The notes below the pieces were generated by a model, which searched no databases, was not told the origin of the DNA, and saw only the letters and a list, made by a program, of their open reading frames with translations. A stretch of DNA of 35,224 nt, from positions 23,616 to 58,839 of the forward strand of contig CAZHRF010000016.1 of assembly GCA_964534625.1 (NCBI GenBank), given 5' to 3'. This stretch comes from an uncultured archaeon. Its GTDB lineage: Archaea; Asgardarchaeota; Heimdallarchaeia; Heimdallarchaeales; Heimdallarchaeaceae. Made by a program: the position numbers and the translations under genes. How positions within the stretch are numbered: the stretch's first letter is position 1; every line of letters begins with the position of its first letter. Shown piece by piece: positions 18,053-26,254 of this stretch.

Positions 18053-19186
18053 TTATTTGTCACTTTTAAAGAATTGTGTGAGTGTTAACTGTTTTTCTGC
18101 AATTTTGGTTAGATTGGATATCTTTACACCCAGTAAGCGTATATCATTAATTTTGATATTTTTATATTCATTCAATAGCTCTTGAATGGTTTTTTCAACA
18201 ATTGTTTGTGAAGACGAATTGCAAGATACTGAATGGGAACGAGTTTCTGTTTTAAAGTCTCTAAATCTGATTTTCAAAGTAATGGTTTTAAAGAGAAAGC
18301 GTTTTTTATGTGCTTTAGTAACAATAGTATTGATAGAGTCATGTAATTCAGTCAATACCTGTTCCCAGCTTGATAGAGCATTAAAGAACGTCTTTTCATC
18401 ACTTATCGATTTACGTTCACTAGATAAAAACTTGCTCTCAACATCTTGTGTGTTTAAACCATTGGTTAGCTTCCAAAGACTTAGAAACTGGGCATAATCC
18501 TTTTTAGAAGGATCAAAAGCAGCTAGATCACCACAAGTGTGTATTCGTTTATTATTAAAATATTCTGTAGTCTTCTTACCTACACCAGGAATTCTATTGA
18601 TTGATAACGGAGAAAGAAAAGATTTGATTTCTGAGGGTTTAACGATTGTTAATGCGTTTGGTTTATTAATACCCGATGCTATTTTCGCTAAAATAATATT
18701 AGGCGCTATCCCTATTGAACAAGTAAGGCCTTCAGAACCATAAATATCGTCCTTAAGCTCAATTGCAAGTTTCTTTGCATTCTCATAATTGCTAACAATG
18801 TTAGTAAAATCAAGGTAAGCTTCATCAATACTCCTGATTTTAAATCTAGGCGCATATCGTTTAATAATATCCATGATCCTCCTTGATTTTTTTGAATATA
18901 ATTTATAAGAGGGATTAACAATTTTGGCTTTAGGACATAATTTTAATGCCTTGATAATGGGCATACCTGAATACACACCAAACTTGCGTGCTTCATACGA
19001 ACAAGTAGCAACAACACCTTTCTTTGTTTGTGGATCTCCTCCCACAATTAAGGGTAAACCAGCTAAACTAGGATTTTTTTGAATTTCTACCGACGCATAA
19101 AAAGCATCTAGATCCATGTACGCAACAATATGATTAAATGTTTTCTCTTCTTTTTTTGCATATTCTAGAGGATCTACTAAGGGCAT
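18053..19186 (-). CDS. dinB: DNA polymerase IV (Y-family, DinB/Dpo4) with C-terminal PIP box
   Basis: MDLDAFYASVE, CSYEARKFGV, SIDEAYLD, LAKIAS..NKPN, IPGVGKKT; ends QLTLTQFF. Confidence 0.96.
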   Translation of the reverse strand: MPLVDPLEYAKKEEKTFNHIVAYMDLDAFYASVEIQKNPSLAGLPLIVGGDPQTKKGVVATCSYEARKFGVYSGMPIIKALKLCPKAKIVNPSYKLYSKKSRRIMDIIKRYAPRFKIRSIDEAYLDFTNIVSNYENAKKLAIELKDDIYGSEGLTCSIGIAPNIILAKIASGINKPNALTIVKPSEIKSFLSPLSINRIPGVGKKTTEYFNNKRIHTCGDLAAFDPSKKDYAQFLSLWKLTNGLNTQDVESKFLSSERKSISDEKTFFNALSSWEQVLTELHDSINTIVTKAHKKRFLFKTITLKIRFRDFKTETRSHSVSCNSSSQTIVEKTIQELLNEYKNIKINDIRLLGVKISNLTKIAEKQLTLTQFFKSDK

Positions 19187-19329
19187 ACTTATACATTAAT
19201 AGTAAATATATTTTAATATAAAAACCCGAAAAGAATGTAAATGAACTTAAAATGTCGTTTTAAGTCTTGAAAAACAATCCCTTCATACATTAATATTAAA
19301 GTTATCAAACTTCTTGGTTGCTTTTTTTG

Positions 19330-21606
19330 CTAGCGTTGGTGGTGTGAAAAGAATTCTTTTAACCTCTTCTCAATTGTTTCTTGATCTGGTTGGATAACTC
19401 TCATGTTATCAGTTAACCAATTTGGTAAATGTTTTCTGTAATAGGACCAAGCAAATCTATAATCACACAAAACAATCGTAGCATAATCTTGTAACCCTCT
19501 TATGGGTCTACCCGCAGCTTGTGATGCACGAATTAGTGCAGGTAAAACATATCCATATTCTCTCCCCTTTTTAGGAAACTGTTTCTCTAAATATTCAATT
19601 GAAGCTTGAACTGATGGGGATGGGCGTGCATAGGGTATTCCAACAATAATTACGCTATGCATCTGTTCAGCTGGGTAATCTGATCCTTCACTGCTTCTTC
19701 CCCCCAAAACAGAAAGTAGCACACCACCTTCACCTCGAGATGCATCCTTGAATTCTTGGATCATTTCATCATTTTCTTGGGATGACATTCCTCTATACGC
19801 AATATACATTGGATTAGCAATGGCTTTTTCTAGTCCATGATTCAGCAAATCATCTATGACTGAATAGCTCGCACAAAAAATACCCACATTTTTAGGAGTA
19901 GCTTTGACTACAGCTTGTATTGTACTAATGATTAACTGGTAATTTTGCGGAGTACGATCTTTCAGTTTTGACGAAACTTTTTGTACAACTAATGCTTGAA
20001 TGTTTTCATTGTCATAAGGTGATGGAAGATTGATGAATTTACTTTTCTTAGGTAATCCAGTTAAAGAAATATAGGAATCTATAGGATCAATAGTACCTGA
20101 CATTGAAACAGACAGATATGCACCCAAGAGAACTTTTTCAGTAACGACTCGCGGATCAAGACATTGACTAATGAGTTTTGGAATTCTATTTTGAGATGTT
20201 TCATAAACAGAATAAAAATAAGCATAATCTCCTCTCCCCTTTGTTTCTAAAATAATTGAAAGAAATCGTGCTACTGCAGATGAATAAGCCAAAGGTGCTT
20301 TATTACGTTTGGATTGTTGCTCTTTAACCATCTCGCCCAGACCTTCTAAATTATTGATAAAACGTTCATCAATCTTAAATCTGCATTTATCTTCAACTTT
20401 TTCCAAAAAGTCCATAATATTAGCTGGTATCTCATCATTGGAACGGATATTATTTGTCTCTTCTTCTAAAACTGCATATAAAGAATCAAGTACATCATAC
20501 TCTGTTCCCATTTGAAATTTGTTAGCTTCGCTCATAGCATTATTCAAACTAAAAGCAGATAAGCTTGTGGTGTTTATATCAACGGCAGTAGAAGGAAGAT
20601 TATGGGCTTCATCAATTACTATTATTAAATCATGTAGTGATTTTTCTAATGCTGTGAGAAAAGAATTTTGTATGCTCGGATTAAAAAGATATTGATAAGA
20701 AGCTGCAACAACATTAGTCTTTTTTAGAAATTTTTTAGATAATTCAAATGGACAAACTTCATATTGCTGTCCGATTTCAAGAAGTTCATCGCTGTCTAGA
20801 ACATAATGATATAAGTGTTCTTCAAGATCACTCATAAGATTACGGTTGGATAAATTGTTGAAATATTGACATTTACCGTCTTTCTTAAGAAATCTGCAAA
20901 TGTCAGAAGCGTTGGCTGAATCCATGGCAAATTTTTTTATTATGGGATGAAGACATAACTGTTTTCTCCCCTTAAGTGTAAACCCAGATACTTCTGAAAG
21001 TTGTTGAATTAGTTTAAGCTCATCAATGACACGAGCCATCTGTTCATGGGTTCTACAACAGTATACAATTGTTTTCCCTTTTTCTTTAGAAATAGGTAAA
21101 AGAGCTGATAAAACAGAAATAGTTTTACCAACTCCATTAGCTGCTTGAACAATAACATGATTGCCACTTTTAGCTGATAAGCTTATTTCTTCAATTATCT
21201 TTTGTTGTTGTTTTCGTATCCTAAGATAGGGAAAATACTTCTGCCATTCGGAGTCGATATTATCGGGGATCTTATCTCTAATTTGATATCTAACGGTCTT
21301 GGAATTGGATGATTCATTATTGGGTTGCCGTTCATTTTCAATGAAAGATTCTAAGCTAAAAGAAGTTATTTTTTGTTTATCTTCTTGTTGATCCTTCTGT
21401 TTTACTTTTTTTGGGCGTAAAGATGAACTATTACTTGATCTTGATAAAATATAAGTCGGTTTGGATGGAGGATTTTTTGGTTTGACTCTTTTGTATGGTT
21501 TTTTTCTTTGATTTTTACCATAGTTACACTTATCGCACTTTAATCCATTATTTGTTTTTAAGAGCAGCTTACCACAGTTGGGACAAAAAACCATCTTGTC
21601 TGTCAT
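19330..21606 (-). CDS. xpd: XPD/Rad3-family Fe-S 5'-3' DNA helicase with extra N-terminal Zn ribbon
   Basis: Q motif FPY..IRKQQ, Walker A AANGVGKT, Fe-S Cys in RKQLC/DIC/KCQYF/VCPF, IDEAHNL, SGT, SEGSDY and QAAGRPIR. Confidence 0.92.
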   Translation of the reverse strand: MTDKMVFCPNCGKLLLKTNNGLKCDKCNYGKNQRKKPYKRVKPKNPPSKPTYILSRSSNSSSLRPKKVKQKDQQEDKQKITSFSLESFIENERQPNNESSNSKTVRYQIRDKIPDNIDSEWQKYFPYLRIRKQQQKIIEEISLSAKSGNHVIVQAANGVGKTISVLSALLPISKEKGKTIVYCCRTHEQMARVIDELKLIQQLSEVSGFTLKGRKQLCLHPIIKKFAMDSANASDICRFLKKDGKCQYFNNLSNRNLMSDLEEHLYHYVLDSDELLEIGQQYEVCPFELSKKFLKKTNVVAASYQYLFNPSIQNSFLTALEKSLHDLIIVIDEAHNLPSTAVDINTTSLSAFSLNNAMSEANKFQMGTEYDVLDSLYAVLEEETNNIRSNDEIPANIMDFLEKVEDKCRFKIDERFINNLEGLGEMVKEQQSKRNKAPLAYSSAVARFLSIILETKGRGDYAYFYSVYETSQNRIPKLISQCLDPRVVTEKVLLGAYLSVSMSGTIDPIDSYISLTGLPKKSKFINLPSPYDNENIQALVVQKVSSKLKDRTPQNYQLIISTIQAVVKATPKNVGIFCASYSVIDDLLNHGLEKAIANPMYIAYRGMSSQENDEMIQEFKDASRGEGGVLLSVLGGRSSEGSDYPAEQMHSVIIVGIPYARPSPSVQASIEYLEKQFPKKGREYGYVLPALIRASQAAGRPIRGLQDYATIVLCDYRFAWSYYRKHLPNWLTDNMRVIQPDQETIEKRLKEFFSHHQR

Positions 21607-21996
21607 ATTTTCAACTCACTTTAATTCTTTTTTTAAAGTTGTGATACTGCGTGATAAACAATAATTGAAAACCTTGCTTACTTAAATTCAAGATATTTGA
21701 GTAAATTTAGCACTAAAATTAAGGATAATCATTGATTATATAATTATACGGATTCAATTTGACATAAAACGTATAAACCAATATTGATTTATTACTCATA
21801 TTTATCCTAGTCGCGTATTGGTTGATGAAAATATCTATTACATAAATGGACAACTGAAAATGTTTAAATATATCCTCCAATAGTATATTAAAATAACAGA
21901 CTGGTGAAGTATAATACCCATCTGTTAATCTACAAGGGGTTAGCTGTTAAAGAGTCAAGTGGGTATAATAAAATGAGAGGTAGCAGCGATAAACAG

Positions 21997-23754
21997 ATGA
22001 AAGACATTGATTTAAACATAGATTTAGATTTATTAGTGTCTACGCTAGCTATTGATCTTATCAAGTCCTCAATTAAAATATATGCCTGTTATCCACTTGG
22101 GGAATTGTCTGGTTCTCTGTTTTCATTTAATTCAGATGATTATTTAGATACGTTGAAGGCATATATAAGAAGTAATCAGAAATTAATAAAAGAAAATATT
22201 GATGATTTACCATATTATAAAACAGAACATGTGTTGATTCTTGCAAATGTGTATTGTGAAATTAATGATTTTGAAACAGCGGAGATACTATATAAAAAAA
22301 TAATAGAAGAAGATCCCAAATATGTCTTTGCATGGGTTAATCTGTTAGCTATATATATGAATCAGCATAGGATATCTGAAGCAATGAATTGTTATATGCA
22401 TATTGACCCGGATTTCCAAAAATATGCGGAAAAAGAAAAACTCAACCCAAAAGATGATGCTTATCGAGTATTGAATATTACGAAACTATATGCAGAACAT
22501 CAATCTCTAGATTCATTTCGTGATACATCAAATCTTTCAAAATCGTTACGCACAGAATATGAAGCAGAATTAAGGGAATTGTACAGTTTTGCAGAATTTC
22601 GAGAAGCACAAGAGGCATTATCTAATGAACTCTATGATGAATCTCTTATCAATTTTTCAAGGGTAACCGAAAAAGTACCAAAAAGTGATGTTTTATGGTA
22701 TCTTACAGGGAAAACTGCTTTGGAAGGAAAGCACTACATAATAGCACAAGAGTATTTGAAAAATGCTATACAAATAAGAAATAATGTACCAGAATATTGG
22801 GTTGAGCTGGCTAAGAGTTTTTATCATGAAAATAAAAACGAAGCAAGTATAAAGGCTTTAAAGACTGCTTTATCATTAGATTCTAGCTATGTTGAAGGTT
22901 GGAAATTAGCAGGTGAAATGATCCTTACAATAGAATCTCAAAATGAATATGAACATTTCTTAGAACATTTACAGTTAACCCCCTCCTCATCCGCTTATCT
23001 AGCGTTTGCAAAAGGATTAATGAAAAAAAAACGTTTTGACAAGACATTAAGTATTTTACGTGGAGGAGTAGACCTTTTCCCTGAAAATGAGCGATTATTG
23101 GAAATGTTAGCTAGTGTTTATGAACATATGATGAGGTTCGATGAAGCAGTTTCAATTTATGAGCATTTGATAATGGAAGGAAAAGATGTTCAGAAGTACT
23201 TGAAAAAGATTGTATCTATCCTATCTGTGTTACATGATGATAAAAGATTGGTAAAAATTCTAAAAATGGTTACTTCTTATCTACCTTGGGATGAAGCAGG
23301 ATTGTGGAACAAGATAGGAGATTTGCTCATGAGGGCAAAAGATTATCTTGGTGCAAGTGAGGCTTTTCGTAAAGTTGCATCCTTTAATAATGAAGATCCA
23401 AAAATTTTGTTCAATTTAGCATTAGCTTATCAAGAATTAAAATTGTTCAAAAAAGCTGAAGAAACCTATAGAAGTGTCTTAGAGTTGACTCCCAAAGATC
23501 ATGCTGCATTAAATAATCTAGGAAACGTATTGAAAGAGTTAAAAAAATATGAAGACGCAATAGAGTTTTATCAAGAAGCAATAGAATATGAACCCGAAAA
23601 AGCGATTTCTTGGGCAAATTTGGGGATTTTGTATGAAGAATTGAAACTGAGAAATGAAGCAAAAGAGTGTTTTAAAAAAGCAAAAGAAATAGCGTTAAAA
23701 AACAAAGATTTTAAATCTGCAGCAAAGTTTGAAGAATGGTTTAATTCATTATAG
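21997..23754 (+). CDS. Tetratricopeptide repeat protein
   Basis: Multiple TPR consensus units (ILFNLALAY...AEETYRSVLELTP, ALNNLGNVL...AIEFYQEAIEYEP, SWANLGILY). ATG 21997 preferred over GTG 21904. Confidence 0.9.
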   Translation: MKDIDLNIDLDLLVSTLAIDLIKSSIKIYACYPLGELSGSLFSFNSDDYLDTLKAYIRSNQKLIKENIDDLPYYKTEHVLILANVYCEINDFETAEILYKKIIEEDPKYVFAWVNLLAIYMNQHRISEAMNCYMHIDPDFQKYAEKEKLNPKDDAYRVLNITKLYAEHQSLDSFRDTSNLSKSLRTEYEAELRELYSFAEFREAQEALSNELYDESLINFSRVTEKVPKSDVLWYLTGKTALEGKHYIIAQEYLKNAIQIRNNVPEYWVELAKSFYHENKNEASIKALKTALSLDSSYVEGWKLAGEMILTIESQNEYEHFLEHLQLTPSSSAYLAFAKGLMKKKRFDKTLSILRGGVDLFPENERLLEMLASVYEHMMRFDEAVSIYEHLIMEGKDVQKYLKKIVSILSVLHDDKRLVKILKMVTSYLPWDEAGLWNKIGDLLMRAKDYLGASEAFRKVASFNNEDPKILFNLALAYQELKLFKKAEETYRSVLELTPKDHAALNNLGNVLKELKKYEDAIEFYQEAIEYEPEKAISWANLGILYEELKLRNEAKECFKKAKEIALKNKDFKSAAKFEEWFNSL

Positions 23755-23757
23755 AGC

Positions 23758-24291
23758 GTGAAAAAACTGAATTATAATTCAATGGAATGGAAAAAAGCCC
23801 AAGAAAACATCGGGATCCTACTTTCTAATAATGGTTTTTTAGTTTGGCATGAAAAGAAAATAGGACATAACAGAGTGGACATATTAGCTAAAAGACAAAT
23901 AGGCGATTCTGTTTATAATTTGATTTTTGAAGTTAAACATTATATGAATGTTAGTGGAAGACAAGAAATAGAATTCGAAAAACAACTTCAAGGATATCTT
24001 AAAGCCATGATCAAAAGAGAAGTAAAGCGCTATTCTCTTAAGTATGTATATGAATATATGAAATTTATTGGTTATCTAGTATTCACGAAAGATTATGGTA
24101 TTCATCAGAATAATGTGAAAAATTACGCAAAGAAACAACCATTTAAAGAAGAGGATTCTCATTTTTTAAGAAGAATTTGGGAAAGAAATGTATATGGGTT
24201 TTTTTCTAGACCGGTGTACATTGCAGAGAATCTAAAAACAGTGGGTCTCCCATTCTATCGACAAACTAAAATGACTGATTTTTTGGATTGA
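23758..24291 (+). CDS. PD-(D/E)XK restriction-endonuclease-like nuclease (Mrr/Hjc-like) with C-terminal PIP box
   Basis: ENIGILLSNNGFLV...RVDILAK...IFEVKH catalytic pattern; ends QTKMTDFLD. ATG 23782 is an alternative start. Confidence 0.75.
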   Translation: MKKLNYNSMEWKKAQENIGILLSNNGFLVWHEKKIGHNRVDILAKRQIGDSVYNLIFEVKHYMNVSGRQEIEFEKQLQGYLKAMIKREVKRYSLKYVYEYMKFIGYLVFTKDYGIHQNNVKNYAKKQPFKEEDSHFLRRIWERNVYGFFSRPVYIAENLKTVGLPFYRQTKMTDFLD

Positions 24292-24346
24292 AACAATAAA
24301 TAAAAATTTAAAGTATCATCTGGAAATAAGTGTTAAGGTTTGTTAA

Positions 24347-25285
24347 ATGAGTTTAGATATTAATTCCATTAAGCAATATATTTTTAGTATCACTGTTATA
24401 GATGAAGGTATCAATGTCTATAAAGAAATTCTTTCTGATGAATTTAAAATAGATGATCATCTCTTGTCTGGTTTTATTTCATCTTTGTATAACTATACAT
24501 TTGCTATGGGACATGAAATAATAGAATCTATTGATTTTACTAGCCATCAATTTTTTTTTGCTTCAACCTATGATGATAAATTACTTATATTGATAGCATC
24601 TAGTGATTTGGAAGAAGAAGAAGGAAAAAAATTACTTGATGAATTAAATTTGCGTTATGAAGTCTTAAGTCAAGATTATGACATTTTACAAATGCCTTCA
24701 CTTTTAGAAAAACAAGATAGGCTTATACCAATAGAAATAGTAGCTCAAATAAGAAGAAAAAAGAATTCAAAAGAACTTATTGAAAGCAAAATGAAAAATG
24801 AAATATCAAGCGAAACAATAAACCAATCACCACAAACAGCAATTCCTGAGATTGTAACTACCAACTTTTATCTGGTTCCATTAACAGGTGAAAAATATAT
24901 TTCAGAAAAAAGTATAACAAAAGCAAAAAAAACCCTCTCAAACTTTTTTCTAGGATATAGAAGTATTATTCTACTAATAATGGTTATTCCTTATTTAGAC
25001 GATTTTGTATCGTTTGTATTCTCAAGAAAGAGAGCTGAAGAGGTCCTACCAATGGTAAACAAGATTATCCTAGGTCTTGAATTAACAGAATTCCGTTCAA
25101 AAGACACTAATGATGTAATTGAACCCTTTGAGATAGACAATAATAAAATGTGGGTTTTATCTAGTAAGATACAGCAAAACAACGTAGCATCTGTAGTATT
25201 GAGCAAAACGAAAAATGATTTGAGGGCTATTTCCCCCCATCTAAAAAGAATTATGCGTTTCATGGATAAATTAATAAAAGACTAA
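24347..25285 (+). CDS. Asgard longin-like domain protein with probable second (roadblock-like) C-terminal domain
   Basis: IFSITVIDEGINVY...DDHLLSGFISSLYNY..AMGHEIIESIDF fits the Asgard longin-like pattern. Confidence 0.65.
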   Translation: MSLDINSIKQYIFSITVIDEGINVYKEILSDEFKIDDHLLSGFISSLYNYTFAMGHEIIESIDFTSHQFFFASTYDDKLLILIASSDLEEEEGKKLLDELNLRYEVLSQDYDILQMPSLLEKQDRLIPIEIVAQIRRKKNSKELIESKMKNEISSETINQSPQTAIPEIVTTNFYLVPLTGEKYISEKSITKAKKTLSNFFLGYRSIILLIMVIPYLDDFVSFVFSRKRAEEVLPMVNKIILGLELTEFRSKDTNDVIEPFEIDNNKMWVLSSKIQQNNVASVVLSKTKNDLRAISPHLKRIMRFMDKLIKD

Positions 25286-25358
25286 AAATAACTTAATAAG
25301 AGATTAATAAAGTTGAAATAGGAGAACCATAAATAATTCATATAAAAGGTGTAGATTA

Positions 25359-25733
25359 ATGAGTATATCTGGTGAAAGAATAGAAACTATTTTACAAGAG
25401 TTTGAAGCGAACACAGAAGGGGTATTAGGTTGTTCGATTATCACGGCAAGTGATGCACTTTTATTAGCAGAATCATCTCAAAAATATGACAGAATGGTTA
25501 TTGGATGGCTCGGTGAAAAAGTATTATCATTGGCCAAAGAATCATTAGAACAGTTGTTAGGTAAATATACATTGAAGAGTGTCACTATAGAAGAAGGTGC
25601 GCACATAATTTACCTAAGGCCAATTAATAATGCTTACTATGCTGTGATTATAACTTCTCTTGAAGAAAATAAGGGGTTAGTTGAGTTTAATCTTAAAAAA
25701 TTACTAGAGAAATTGCAACTTATTCTAGTATGA
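25359..25733 (+). CDS. Roadblock/LC7 (MglB/LAMTOR-like) protein
   Basis: 124 aa: IETILQEF...GVLGCSII..SDALLLAE...LKSVTIEEG..IIYL...AVII. Confidence 0.85.
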   Translation: MSISGERIETILQEFEANTEGVLGCSIITASDALLLAESSQKYDRMVIGWLGEKVLSLAKESLEQLLGKYTLKSVTIEEGAHIIYLRPINNAYYAVIITSLEENKGLVEFNLKKLLEKLQLILV

Positions 25734-25785
25734 ACTAATAAATTTATAAAAGCAAATGAAATGAAACGTACAAGGGGTTTAAATA

Positions 25786-26160
25786 GTGGATGTCTCAACA
25801 TTAAAAATTTTAGCTAATAAAGCAACAGATGAAACAAATGTCATGTTCAAGTTTTTTTCATCTGAAACAAATAAGGTATTATGCTCTGCATCAACACTAG
25901 AAGAGATATACGAGTGTGTTTTATCTCTTGAACCAGAGATAATAAAAGACCATGTGTGTTCTTGTGATGAATCAGAAGATATTATGAGAGATCTAGGGTT
26001 TTGGGTTCATTATATATTAGCCGATACAGAATTATCAATGAAAATTTACACAGTAGCTGAAAGATACGAAAATGAGCCAGAAAAACTAAAAGTTGAACTC
26101 GTGAACCTTTTGTTTACAAGATTACTAAATTTTAGTGAAATAGCATTAATACCCGATTAA
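25786..26160 (+). CDS. DUF5752-like hypothetical protein
   Basis: FKF...ASTLEEIYE......EIIKDH...DLGFWVHYILADTELS pattern; GTG start. Confidence 0.55.
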   Translation: MDVSTLKILANKATDETNVMFKFFSSETNKVLCSASTLEEIYECVLSLEPEIIKDHVCSCDESEDIMRDLGFWVHYILADTELSMKIYTVAERYENEPEKLKVELVNLLFTRLLNFSEIALIPD

Positions 26161-26254
26161 TCAATTTTTGAAATTAATTATTGTTTGTTGTTTATCACTA
26201 AATTTTATAAGTGATATTAAAAAACAAATTAGAAAATAAAAAAGGTGTATTTAA

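Noticed and set aside
21607-21996. Replication origin
   Set aside because: No recognisable ORB repeats with G-strings, and no cdc6/orc1 gene in the window.
21997-24291. Anti-phage defence system (TPR plus nuclease)
   Set aside because: No NTPase, methyltransferase or other defence genes are nearby, and the PIP-like tail and repair-gene context favour housekeeping. Not fully excluded.
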